From Anaerolineales bacterium (GTDB lineage Bacteria; Chloroflexota; Anaerolineae; Anaerolineales; Villigracilaceae): 64,000 nucleotides of DNA. Positions 45,659-55,190 of the stretch are shown one piece after another. Under the pieces are notes generated by a model, which was not told the DNA's origin, ran no database searches, and was given only the letters and a program-made list of their open reading frames with translations. The DNA is taken from assembly GCA_035506155.1 (NCBI GenBank), contig DATJPX010000160.1, forward strand, positions 309 through 64,308, written 5' to 3'. Positions within the stretch are counted from its first letter, which is position 1; every line of letters begins with the position of its first letter. The position numbers and the translations under genes were made by a program.

Positions 45659-46456
45659 CTAGTCCGCGACGAAGCGATATCCCTTGCCGCGCACGTTGAT
45701 CAGATATTGAGGCGAATGAGGATCGGATTCGAGCGCCTGGCGGATATGGTGAACGTGCCACTTGGCCAGCTCTTGCGCCTCGCGCGGGTCGGCCTGGTAG
45801 CCCTGGGCCTCCGCCACCAGGGTTTGGTAATCGACCACATCCGGGGTATGCCGCGCCAACACGAGCAGGTAATCGAACGAAGTCGGCGGCAGGTTGGTGG
45901 TGGTCTCGCCGATCGTCACCCGCCGGGCATGTAAATCGAGGCGGAACGGACCCAGGCGCAGATATCTTTCGTCTGATCTCGAAAGAGGAATGCTCAATTC
46001 AGCAGTGGGTTCTTCAGCTTCAATGTTGTCCAGTTTCGTTTGCAGGTCTTCGATTTGCTGCTGGAGGCGGCGCTTGCGGCGTTCCTTCGCCTGGGCAAAA
46101 AGCAGTGCATTCGTTCGCTCGAGCAGAGTATCGGGCTGGATCGGTTTTACCAGGTAATCCTTGGCGCCCAAACGCAGCGCCTCGACAGCCGAATGCACGT
46201 CCGGCTGGGCGGTGAACAGGACAACCGATAGGTCGGGGTTGCCGGCGTGGATGGTTTTCAACACCGCCACACCGTTCATATCCGGCATGCGCACATCCAG
46301 GTAGACCAAGTCGAATTCCTGTTTGGCGATCAGCGCGAGGGCTTCCTTCCCGCTCGCGGCGGTGGTCACTTCGGAACCGGCATTCTGCAGGATGCGCGCC
46401 AGTGTATGGCGCAACGACGCCTCGTCGTCGATGATCAGGACTTTTCCGGAGAGCAT
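45659..46456 (-). CDS. OmpR/PhoB-family response regulator with a long coiled-coil linker
   Basis: 265 aa. VLIIDDE, LVYLDVRMPDMNG, VLFTAQ, YLVKP. About 45-aa charged linker. Winged helix ...YLINVRGKGYRFVAD. Confidence 0.9.
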   Translation of the reverse strand: MLSGKVLIIDDEASLRHTLARILQNAGSEVTTAASGKEALALIAKQEFDLVYLDVRMPDMNGVAVLKTIHAGNPDLSVVLFTAQPDVHSAVEALRLGAKDYLVKPIQPDTLLERTNALLFAQAKERRKRRLQQQIEDLQTKLDNIEAEEPTAELSIPLSRSDERYLRLGPFRLDLHARRVTIGETTTNLPPTSFDYLLVLARHTPDVVDYQTLVAEAQGYQADPREAQELAKWHVHHIRQALESDPHSPQYLINVRGKGYRFVAD

Positions 46457-46459
46457 CCG

Positions 46460-49081
46460 TCACTCCTCTTTCATCACCGGCAGCCAAAAGTTGAACGTGG
46501 CTCCGCCGTCGGGATTGTTTACCGCTTCAATGATGCCCTTGTGTTGGCGGATGATATCGTAGACGATGGAAAGGCCCAACCCGGTCCCGGTCGTCTTGCT
46601 GGTCACGAATGGCTCGAAGATATGCGGCAGGATTTCCCGGTCAATGCCGGGTCCGCTGTCTACAATCGAAAACAAAATGCGGCTTTCCTCGGGCTCTTCC
46701 TTGGTGAGAACCGTCAGGCTGCCGCCGTCCGGCATGGCTTCGATCGCATTGACGAACAAATTCAAGATGACCTGGCGGATCTGGTCGGGGATGCCGAAAA
46801 GCACCGGCAGGGTCGCGCCGGGCAGGAATTCGAACTGGATATTGTTGTGCCGCATTTGCGTGGCGGTCAACGCATGGACATCGTCGATCATGTCATTCAG
46901 GTAGATATTCTGCAAGTCCTGGATGCGCGTGGGCCGGTAGGCTGCGCGCAGCCTTTCGATCATCGCGCTCATGCGCTCGGTTTCAGACAGGATGATGCCC
47001 AAATCCTGGCTGCCCTGCTCGGACAGTTTTTCCTCATCCTTGAGCAGGAAAAGGGCATTCTGGATCGCCTGCAGGGGATTGTTCAGTTCGTGGGAGACGG
47101 AGGCAAGCAATCGCCCGACGATCGCCAGCCGTTCGGCCTGAATCAACTGGTCGCGGGTGGACTTTTCTTTTTTCAAGGCGGCCTGCAGGTCGGAGTACAG
47201 GTTGGCTTTTTGCAGGGCAACCGCCATTTGATCGGCTACAGCGGTCATTAACTGCAGGTCACGCTCGGTCAGGCACCCGGGCGGGGTTTGCTGGATATCC
47301 AGGACACCCAGGATCCGATCTTCAACCTTGATCGGCACGGTCATTTCCGATTGGGTATCGGGCAGGTAAGGACCGCGGATGAAGAAAACCACATCGTCGA
47401 CATTATTGGTGACAAAGGCTTGCCCGGTTTCCACCACGTGGCCGATGATCCCGGCACCGGCCGGCAAATGATAGCGCTGCTTGCGCAGTTGGGCACCGAT
47501 TTCTCCGCTGCCATGGCGGATGACCATATTTCCATTCTTAGGATTCAGGGTGAAGATTTGAACGTGATAATAACCAAAACTGTCGTGCAGGAAATTCACC
47601 ACGTCCTTCATCAGCCGGTCCGTATCGAGCGAGGCGACCAGCCCCTGGCTTAAGTGATAGAGCGCATCGATCTGCTTCAGGTCCTGCCGGGTGGTCTCCA
47701 GCAGATTCGAGTTCTCGATGGCAATGGCCGCCTGCGCGCCCAGCGCACCGAGCAAATGGATTTCATCCGCGCTGAAGGCGAGCGGCAGCGGGCTTTGCAC
47801 GCTGATCGTACCCCAGCAGCGCTCGTTGCTCTGGATCGGAGCTACGATGAGCGAACGGAACTTTGTGGTCATCGACTTGTCCAGGAAGCGCGCATCTCCC
47901 TGCGTATCGGAAACGGCGACCACCCGCTTCTCTACGATCGCCTGGCCGGCGATTCCTTCGCCCAACCGCATATTCAATCGTGTCGTGGATCTCTTTTCGA
48001 TCCCCGAGACGGCGCGTGGCACCAGAATCTGGCGGTCGTTATCGATGAGGTGCAGGACCACTTCCTTGGCAGTAGGGATTAATTCCCGGGCAGAATCCAC
48101 GATCAATTGCAAGACGGTTTCGATACCCACTTGTTCGGTTTCGCTCAAAGCCTGTCCGACTTTGGCAAGCGTCCGGGCTTCCTTGAGCTGTTTCTCGATC
48201 TTGAATTCCTGCTGGACAGTATACAAAGCCAGGGCAAGCTGGCTGCCGGCTAGACCGGCATATCTGATATCTTCCTCGTGAATATCCAGCACATGATTAA
48301 AGGCCAGGATGACAAGACCCAGTTTATTATTTTTTGCAACCAATGGGATGCACAGGGCCACCGGTGGGTTGGGTATATTTTCCCAAAACATTTCGGGATT
48401 GGCCAAAAAAGTGGCCGGGGCCAGATCCGCGGTGAGCACTGCCGAGCCGCCCTCCAATATCGATGCGATCAGCTCCGTCGCATGCGCCGTCAGGCTGGCC
48501 TTGGAAAACGACGCTCGAGTTTGCAGGGTGGTGGTAATCGGGGCGGCTTTTTGCTGGGCTCCATCCCACTGCACAAAATAGGCATGATCGGCGGTATAGA
48601 GATTGGCCAGATGGGTGATCAGGAAATAATATCGGTCCTCATCGCTTTGGGGCTTGAGGATGTCCCGTATTGCAATATTGACCAGGGTAAGGTGCCGCTC
48701 CCGGGAGCGCAGTTCAGCCAGCAAGTTCTCCTGCCGGGTCCAGATGATTTGTACACGACCGGCCAAGTAACCGATGGCGACGAAGAGCAAGCTGCCCGGC
48801 CAATTATTCACGACCATGCTCAACCAGGGTTGATGGCTGAACAAGGCAAGCAGGAACGCCACCAACGTCACGGCGGCAAAACCGGCGACCGAACCGGCAT
48901 ATACCCCAAAATACCAGCCGGTGAGGAGCACCGGGACCGTCACCGGGACGGCCGCAACTGGTCCATCCAATTTATAGAGAGGGAAGAATAATCCAATCGC
49001 CAGCAATACCGTCCCTGCCACAATGGCCACACGCAGCCAAAATCGACGGAGAAGATACACATTGTTTTTCTGGGATTTCAT
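46460..49081 (-). CDS. membrane sensor histidine kinase with multiple GAF domains
   Basis: Trimmed to the ATG at 49081 (MKSQKNNVYLLRRFWLRVAIVAG...). About 4 N-terminal TMs, three GAF-like segments, H-box SVSHELNNPLQAI, N box FVNAIEAM, G boxes DSGPGI and GTGLGLS. Confidence 0.85.
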   Translation of the reverse strand: MKSQKNNVYLLRRFWLRVAIVAGTVLLAIGLFFPLYKLDGPVAAVPVTVPVLLTGWYFGVYAGSVAGFAAVTLVAFLLALFSHQPWLSMVVNNWPGSLLFVAIGYLAGRVQIIWTRQENLLAELRSRERHLTLVNIAIRDILKPQSDEDRYYFLITHLANLYTADHAYFVQWDGAQQKAAPITTTLQTRASFSKASLTAHATELIASILEGGSAVLTADLAPATFLANPEMFWENIPNPPVALCIPLVAKNNKLGLVILAFNHVLDIHEEDIRYAGLAGSQLALALYTVQQEFKIEKQLKEARTLAKVGQALSETEQVGIETVLQLIVDSARELIPTAKEVVLHLIDNDRQILVPRAVSGIEKRSTTRLNMRLGEGIAGQAIVEKRVVAVSDTQGDARFLDKSMTTKFRSLIVAPIQSNERCWGTISVQSPLPLAFSADEIHLLGALGAQAAIAIENSNLLETTRQDLKQIDALYHLSQGLVASLDTDRLMKDVVNFLHDSFGYYHVQIFTLNPKNGNMVIRHGSGEIGAQLRKQRYHLPAGAGIIGHVVETGQAFVTNNVDDVVFFIRGPYLPDTQSEMTVPIKVEDRILGVLDIQQTPPGCLTERDLQLMTAVADQMAVALQKANLYSDLQAALKKEKSTRDQLIQAERLAIVGRLLASVSHELNNPLQAIQNALFLLKDEEKLSEQGSQDLGIILSETERMSAMIERLRAAYRPTRIQDLQNIYLNDMIDDVHALTATQMRHNNIQFEFLPGATLPVLFGIPDQIRQVILNLFVNAIEAMPDGGSLTVLTKEEPEESRILFSIVDSGPGIDREILPHIFEPFVTSKTTGTGLGLSIVYDIIRQHKGIIEAVNNPDGGATFNFWLPVMKEE

Positions 49082-49409
49082 GCGCCATCCTTCGAAAGGC
49101 AGGCTGCCACCTCGATTGCGCGGGACCCGGCAGCGTGCGTTGGGATACACGGCATCCCAATGAAAAAATTATACCCTAGCAAGGCACGGGCGGGTTCCAG
49201 CTGGCAGGAAGACCCTGACTGCAGTCACTCTGGCCAAAAAGTCCCGCCTTTCTCATTTTGCCTTAGCATAGACCCTACCAGAGTGGGCATACTATTTTCT
49301 ATTATAGGTGCCAATTAAAGGTATTCCATGACAAATCCATTCGAATCGACCGATACGGTCAAAACCAGCCTTTCCCGACAAAATTGCATTTCATCGGATG
49401 AGATCACCG

Positions 49410-49703
49410 CTATCGTCTACCTGGCTGGGAAGCTGGGCAAGTTGCGCCTGGCCAAAGCGATCTCATCCACGAGGGCGCTATCAGCCCAAGTAGCGCCGGC
49501 ATCGTCAGGGCGTTATATAGTCTTTCGACAAGAAGGAAGGGGATTGCGACAAAACTGTAAGCAAACAGGATCACCATCGCGCTCAACAAGAGCGTTTTGA
49601 GCGCCCGGGCAACGCGTGTCTTTTCCTCTTCATCCGGGCATTCTGGCGGCGCGAACAGCTTTCTCAGATGCAACAATACCGTCTTCCCTTTCACGATGGC
49701 CAT
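49410..49703 (-). pseudogene. possible remnant of the N-terminus of a sensor protein
   Basis: 97-aa ORF ...PDEEEKTRVARALKTLLLSAMVILFAYSFVAIPFLLV... resembles the charged-then-TM start of GAF/PAS sensors, but it stops after two hydrophobic segments. The start codon lies 14 nt after the qcr terminator hairpin, leaving no room for a promoter. Confidence 0.25.
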
Positions 49704-49716
49704 GTGCGCGAATCAA

Positions 49717-49742
49717 ACGGCCTGTCCATCCGGACAGGCCGT
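49717..49742 (-). terminator. intrinsic terminator after the qcr operon
   Basis: 11-bp stem acggcctgtcc / ggacaggccgt with a 4-nt loop. On the minus strand it is followed by TTTGATT. Confidence 0.6.
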
Positions 49743-49752
49743 CATTGTCTTC

Positions 49753-51123
49753 CTAGTGCTTTACGTTGGCGGCGTCCTGCGCCGTTTTCGGCATTCCTGC
49801 CATCACCCAGCGGGTCAGCATGTCGATATACTGCGGGTCGAGCAGCTTGGTCGGCGGCATCTGCTGGATAGCCTGGCCGGTCTTGGGGTCGGTCCCGGTA
49901 TGGCCGGCGATCAGCTGGAGCAACAGGCTGTTCGCGTCGCCGGCGGTCATCACGGGGGCATTGTCGCCGGTGGCCAACATCCCGTCATAGCTCGTCATCA
50001 GGTAGTTGTTGTTCAGCCGGCCCGGCTGGTGGCAGGACAGGCAGTAACGCTTGACCAGCGGCCCGATGTGTACATCGTAAGATGGCACTTCCCCGGGATT
50101 CAGGGTCGGGATGCCGCCGGCTACGACTGCTCCGGCCGGGAGTTGGGAGCGATCGTCCCATGTATAGCGCATGAAGGTCACGATATTATCGATATCGGTC
50201 GGGGAGAGGATACCGCCGTAGGCGGAGCCGAAGGGCTGCATGCCCATGTTCGGCTGGCCGTACGAGATGATGCTTGCCAGGGTTGCATCGTCACGGGTAT
50301 ACATCTCGTCCTGGCTGTGGATGGCCTTCATATTGAATCCTTCCAGTCCGGCCACACCCTTGATGATCCCGCCTTCCCCGTCCGGGCCGTGGCACTCAGC
50401 GCAGTTGAGCGAGTACAGGTCCTGCCCAGCGGCGATCTTCTCCGGGATGGTGGCGGCTACCTGGACGTTCGGGCCGGCCGCGGCCGGAGGGGCCAGGACC
50501 AGCACGATAATCGCCAGGACCAGCATTGCCGCTGATGCGCCCAGGGCCGTCCAGAGCTGGGTATGGCCAATCAGCCTTGCCGCTTTCCTTGCAGCCAGGG
50601 AAAGCCCGAAGAGAGCCACGAAGGCCACACCGGGGATGATCAGCCCGGCCAGGAATTGCAGCCCCGGCAGGACCGTGGTGGGAATATCCGCCATCATCGT
50701 CAGGGTGACCACGCTGACCACGAAGACGCCCATCACCGTGATTCCCGTGACCCGCCGGGAATAGTGGCGGTAGGGATTCCTGTCGATCAGCGGCAGGACG
50801 AACAGGACCAGGATCGCCAGGCCGGGGACCACCGTGGTGGCGATCCATTCGATCTTGCCCAACACCGGGATCTGGCCGTACAGGGCCAGGAACTTGAACA
50901 GGAAGAGGAAATACCACTCCGGCTTGGGGACGTAGGAGGTGTCCGCCGGATTGGCTTTCGGCTCGCCTGGCACGCCGATGAAGGTGGCCAGGAGGACCAG
51001 GAGGATGAAAATTCCCAGGGAGACCAACAGGTCTTTATAAATGCTGTCGGGCCAGAAACGCTCGCCTTTCTGCAGGGCGATCTTGTACTTGTCAAGGATT
51101 GACTTTTTCTGTTCGTCTTTCAT
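49753..51123 (-). CDS. qcrC: menaquinol-cytochrome c reductase subunit IV fused to a di-haem cytochrome c (QcrC-like)
   Basis: 456 aa. PEWYFLFLF motif of cyt b C-terminal/subunit IV, extra TMs, then CAECH and CLSCH haem-c sites. Confidence 0.8.
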   Translation of the reverse strand: MKDEQKKSILDKYKIALQKGERFWPDSIYKDLLVSLGIFILLVLLATFIGVPGEPKANPADTSYVPKPEWYFLFLFKFLALYGQIPVLGKIEWIATTVVPGLAILVLFVLPLIDRNPYRHYSRRVTGITVMGVFVVSVVTLTMMADIPTTVLPGLQFLAGLIIPGVAFVALFGLSLAARKAARLIGHTQLWTALGASAAMLVLAIIVLVLAPPAAAGPNVQVAATIPEKIAAGQDLYSLNCAECHGPDGEGGIIKGVAGLEGFNMKAIHSQDEMYTRDDATLASIISYGQPNMGMQPFGSAYGGILSPTDIDNIVTFMRYTWDDRSQLPAGAVVAGGIPTLNPGEVPSYDVHIGPLVKRYCLSCHQPGRLNNNYLMTSYDGMLATGDNAPVMTAGDANSLLLQLIAGHTGTDPKTGQAIQQMPPTKLLDPQYIDMLTRWVMAGMPKTAQDAANVKH

Positions 51124-51134
51124 CGCCGTCTCCT

Positions 51135-51794
51135 TTAGTCATCCTTGTCCGGGTAGGCAGACTCGCCATGCCGGATGATCAGGTAGAGGTGCGTGCCGAT
51201 CAACGCAGCCAGGGCCGCCGGGAGCATCCAGATGTGGGCGGCGAAGAACCGGTTGAGGGTCAGGGCGCTAATATCGGTCCCGCCCCGCAGCGCCTTGAGG
51301 ATGAAAGGTCCGATAAAGGGGACCGACCCGGCGATGGAAGTGCCGACCGTCGTGGCCCAGTAGGCTTTCTGGTCCATCGGCAGGAGGTAGCCGGTGAAGC
51401 CCATTCCCAGGGTCAGGACCAGCAGGCCGACGCCGATCAACCAGGTCAGCTCACGCGGGTACTTGTAGGAGGCGGTCACGAAGACCCGGATCATATGGAT
51501 GAAAACCACCAGCACCATCAAGGTTGCGCCCCAGTGATGGATGCCGCGGATCAACCAGCCGAACGCCACGCCGGTCATGATGTACTGGATGCTGTCGTAG
51601 GCGTGGTCGGGCGAAGGGGTATAGTAGGCAGCCAGGAAGATGCCGGTCACGCCCTGCATGATGAACAGGAACAGGCTGGCGCTTCCCAGGGTATTCCACC
51701 AGGTGCCCTTCGGTTCCGGGCGATCGAGGGTGGCCTTATACAGGTCGTTTAGTCCCAGGCGTTCGTCCAGCCAGGCAAACAGTTTTTTCCACAT
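51135..51794 (-). CDS. qcrB: cytochrome b6-type cytochrome b (N-terminal four-helix part)
   Basis: 219 aa. GIFLAAYYTPS, WLIRGIHHWGA, VFIHMIRVF (haem-ligand His pairs). Confidence 0.85.
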   Translation of the reverse strand: MWKKLFAWLDERLGLNDLYKATLDRPEPKGTWWNTLGSASLFLFIMQGVTGIFLAAYYTPSPDHAYDSIQYIMTGVAFGWLIRGIHHWGATLMVLVVFIHMIRVFVTASYKYPRELTWLIGVGLLVLTLGMGFTGYLLPMDQKAYWATTVGTSIAGSVPFIGPFILKALRGGTDISALTLNRFFAAHIWMLPAALAALIGTHLYLIIRHGESAYPDKDD

Positions 51795-51797
51795 AAG

Positions 51798-52292
51798 CTA
51801 GCCTTCCATGAAGTGAAGGAACAATGTGCCGTTTTCGACCTTGAGCTGATCCCCCGAATAGCTGTCCAGCGGACGAGGCGGCGGGCCGCCGACGACCCTC
51901 CCGTTGATGTCGAACTGGGCGTCGTGGCAGGGGCAGATGAATTCCTGCTTGTCCGTCTTCCAGTTGACCTGACAACCCAGGTGGGTGCATTTATTGGAGA
52001 TGACGACCGTCTCGGTATCGGATTTTCGCAGCACGAAAACGCCATGGCTGGTGACCGTCTTTTCCCACCCGTTGACCTGGCTCTGGGTGAACGAGACCAA
52101 CGTCGGCTTGCCCACCGGGAAAGCCGCGACCTTCCCGAGCGGAATCCAGGCGTCCGCCTTGCTCGACTTGAGCGCCGGGTCGATCAGGTAGCCAATGGCC
52201 GGCAGGCCCACTGCCGCGGCAATGAGTGTACCCACGGCTGCAGTGGTCAGTTTGACGAAATCCCGTCGGCTGATGTGATCCGAACCTGCCAT
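51798..52292 (-). CDS. qcrA: Rieske 2Fe-2S protein with Tat signal
   Basis: 164 aa. SRRDFVKLT twin-Arg. CTHLGC and CPCHDAQF cluster boxes. Confidence 0.9.
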   Translation of the reverse strand: MAGSDHISRRDFVKLTTAAVGTLIAAAVGLPAIGYLIDPALKSSKADAWIPLGKVAAFPVGKPTLVSFTQSQVNGWEKTVTSHGVFVLRKSDTETVVISNKCTHLGCQVNWKTDKQEFICPCHDAQFDINGRVVGGPPPRPLDSYSGDQLKVENGTLFLHFMEG

Positions 52293-52550
52293 GCGAACCT
52301 CCTGGTCGATAATCTGGGATTAAAATATTCCAGAGCGATATTATCTGAATTATAATCAAGTTCCGGGCAGTCTGCTCCGCCGCCTGGAAATTCCCAGCGG
52401 CATAAGAATCTTTACTCATTATAAGGATGATTCGGCCTTCTCCTAAAGGATGTCTGAAACCAATAATCCATGAGTATTGTCACTTTTCCTCATAGAAACG
52501 AGGATGGGATAATACACCATGTCCCCAAATCATGATCTAAGGAGGCGTTG

Positions 52551-52949
52551 ATGGGCCTGTCGAGGAAAGTCAGCCTGAGGGATGCCCTGCGATATCAGGG
52601 CAAGGGTCCGATGCTTACGTTCATCTTGCACCGGATCAGCGGGGTGGGCATGGTACTGTTCATTTCGTTGCACATCCTGGCGTCGTATCTGATGAACCAA
52701 TCCTGGGGGATGAATATCGGCACCTTCATCAACCACAGTTTTTATGAGACCTGGGTTTTCCAGACCATCATCTTCTTCTTCGTCCTCTTCCACGTTATCA
52801 ACGGCCTGCGCATCACTATCCTGGACCTCTGGCCGAAGTTGATGGAATACCAGCGCGAGGCGATCTGGCTGGAATGGTGCATCTTCCTGCCGGTCTATGG
52901 GATGGCCCTGTTCGTCATCGTTCGAACCGGCCTGGGTTTGGGAGGTTAG
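52551..52949 (+). CDS. sdhC: succinate dehydrogenase cytochrome b subunit
   Basis: ATG at 52551, 5 nt after AAGGAGG (the track's TTG at 52548 is less likely). 3 TM, His in HRISG and FHVINGLR. Confidence 0.75.
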   Translation: MGLSRKVSLRDALRYQGKGPMLTFILHRISGVGMVLFISLHILASYLMNQSWGMNIGTFINHSFYETWVFQTIIFFFVLFHVINGLRITILDLWPKLMEYQREAIWLEWCIFLPVYGMALFVIVRTGLGLGG

Positions 52950-52952
52950 GCA

Positions 52953-53375
52953 ATGATGCGCATCCGGATTGCACCCAAACGCGGCTTTAATTTCGATTAC
53001 GTGATGTGGCTTTTCACCCGCCTGTCAGCCCTGGCCATGTACCTGCTGGCCTTCATCGGCATCGTCGGCGCCTTGATCATGGGCGCCCGCCAGAGCATGA
53101 ACCTGGCCGACCTGATGCGCTGGGCTTTCATGCCGGAGGTTACCCACGTCCAGAATACCAACGTGGCTGATGTAAACGCCTGGAAGAGCACCTTCTGGCA
53201 GGGGATGGGAATCCTGTTCGTCTTCGTCGCCAGCGCCCACGGTCTGCACGGGCTGCTCAACGTCGTGGAGGATTACCTCGAAAATCCAATCGTTCGGAAG
53301 ATCCTACGCTACCTGGTGATCGGCGTCCTGGTGGTGATGAACGCCATTGCCATCTACGTGATCCTGCATTCATAG
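52953..53375 (+). CDS. sdhD: succinate dehydrogenase hydrophobic membrane anchor subunit
   Basis: 140 aa, 3 TM, HGLHG motif. Position between sdhC and sdhA. Confidence 0.7.
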   Translation: MMRIRIAPKRGFNFDYVMWLFTRLSALAMYLLAFIGIVGALIMGARQSMNLADLMRWAFMPEVTHVQNTNVADVNAWKSTFWQGMGILFVFVASAHGLHGLLNVVEDYLENPIVRKILRYLVIGVLVVMNAIAIYVILHS

Positions 53376-53384
53376 GACAGCAGA

Positions 53385-55178
53385 ATGAATACTCACGAGT
53401 TCGAAGTCATCGTCGTCGGGGCAGGCGGGGCCGGCCTGATGGCCGGGCTGTATGCATCCAAGACCGCCAAGACGGCTGTCATCACCAAGCTCTATCCCAC
53501 CCGCTCGCACACCGGCACCGCCCAGGGCGGGATCGGCGCGGCCCTCGGCAGCCAGGAGGAAGACCACCCTGAATGGCATACCTATGACACGGTCAAGGGC
53601 TCCGACTACCTGGGCGACCAGGACGCCATCGAGTTCATGTGCAACGAAGCCATCCCGGCCGTCTACGAGCTGGAACACATGGGTCTGCCCTTCGACCGCA
53701 CCCCGGACGGCAAGATCGCCCAACGCCAGTTCGGCGGGCACACCAACAACGTGACCGGTAAACCGGTCCGGCGCGCCTGTCACGCCGCCGACCGCACCGG
53801 GCACATGATCCTGCAGACCCTCTACCAGCAGTGCATGAAGAACAATGTCACCTTCTTCGACGAGTTCCAGGTCGTGGATTTGCTGATCGTGGACGGGGCG
53901 GCTGCAGGGGTGGTGGCGATCGAGCTCGCCACCGGCGAGATGCATGTCTTCCACGCCAAGGCGGTCATCTTCGCCACCGGCGGGCACGGACGCATCTGGG
54001 AGATCACATCCAACGCTTACGCTTTCACCGGCGACGGTCCTGCCATGATCATGCGGCGCGGCCTGCCTCTCGAAGACATGGAATTCTTCCAGTTCCACCC
54101 CACCGGCATCTACAAGCTCGGCATCCTGATCACCGAGGGCGTGCGCGGCGAGGGCGGTGTGCTGATCAACGGCAAGGGCGAGAGATTCATGGAGAAGTAT
54201 GCCCACACCGTCAAGGACCTGGCCTCCCGGGACGTCGTCAGCCGGGCCATCTATACCGAGATCCGTGAGGGCCGGGGCGCCAATGGCCAGAACTACGTCT
54301 ACCTGGACGTTCGCCCGGAAAGCGTCAACAAGTACGCCGCCCTGGACGGGCGCAAGAATCTGGACGGCTCGCCCTACACCGTCACCGGCGAGCAGATCCT
54401 GGCCAAGTTGCCCGACATCGTCGATTTCTGCCGGGTCTACCTCGGTGTGGATCCGGTGACCCAGTTGATGCCGATCCAGCCGACCGCCCACTATGCCATG
54501 GGCGGCATTCCCACCAACAAATTCGGCGAAGTCGTCGTCGACGACAAGAACACGGTCGTCCCTGGGCTGTACGCGGCCGGCGAGTGCGCCTGCGTCTCGA
54601 TCCATGGCGCCAACCGCTTGGGGACGAACTCCCTGCTCGACCTGGTGGTCTTCGGCAAACACGCCGGCCTGCGGGCCGCCGAATACGCCAAGGGCGCCGA
54701 ATTCAAATCCCTGCCGGCCGACCCGACCGAGTTCGCTCGGGGCACCTTCGAGCACCTGCGCACGGCCAGCGGGAAGGAAAACGGCTTCGACATCGCCCGC
54801 GAGATGAAGAAGATCATGTTCGATGACATGGGCATCTTCCGCAACGCCAAGGGCATGGAAAACGCCCTGACCGTTGTCCACCAGCTGCAGGAGCGCTTCA
54901 AACACGTCCGCGTGACCGATAGCGGCAAGATCTTCAACATGGAACTGATGAACGCCTGGGAGCTTGGCAACCTGCTCGACCTGGCCGAGATCACCACGGT
55001 CTCCGCCATCGCCCGGACCGAAAGCCGTGGCGGCCACTCCCGGGAAGATTTCCCCAATCGGGACGACAAGAACTGGCTCAAGCACACCCTGTCGATCGTG
55101 AAACCGGACGGCAAGATCGAGCTGAAATACAAGCCGGTCGTCATCACCAAATATCAACCAAAAGAACGGGTGTATTAG
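53385..55178 (+). CDS. sdhA: succinate dehydrogenase flavoprotein subunit
   Basis: 597 aa. VVGAGGAGL, RSHTGTAQGG (FAD His), HPTG, GANRLGTNSL. Confidence 0.95.
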   Translation: MNTHEFEVIVVGAGGAGLMAGLYASKTAKTAVITKLYPTRSHTGTAQGGIGAALGSQEEDHPEWHTYDTVKGSDYLGDQDAIEFMCNEAIPAVYELEHMGLPFDRTPDGKIAQRQFGGHTNNVTGKPVRRACHAADRTGHMILQTLYQQCMKNNVTFFDEFQVVDLLIVDGAAAGVVAIELATGEMHVFHAKAVIFATGGHGRIWEITSNAYAFTGDGPAMIMRRGLPLEDMEFFQFHPTGIYKLGILITEGVRGEGGVLINGKGERFMEKYAHTVKDLASRDVVSRAIYTEIREGRGANGQNYVYLDVRPESVNKYAALDGRKNLDGSPYTVTGEQILAKLPDIVDFCRVYLGVDPVTQLMPIQPTAHYAMGGIPTNKFGEVVVDDKNTVVPGLYAAGECACVSIHGANRLGTNSLLDLVVFGKHAGLRAAEYAKGAEFKSLPADPTEFARGTFEHLRTASGKENGFDIAREMKKIMFDDMGIFRNAKGMENALTVVHQLQERFKHVRVTDSGKIFNMELMNAWELGNLLDLAEITTVSAIARTESRGGHSREDFPNRDDKNWLKHTLSIVKPDGKIELKYKPVVITKYQPKERVY

Positions 55179-55190
55179 GAGGCGGCAGTC

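Noticed and set aside
49328-49600. 90-aa plus-strand ORF
   Set aside because: It overlaps the slightly more plausible minus-strand fragment. It has a Ser/Arg-rich tail, no SD and no motif.
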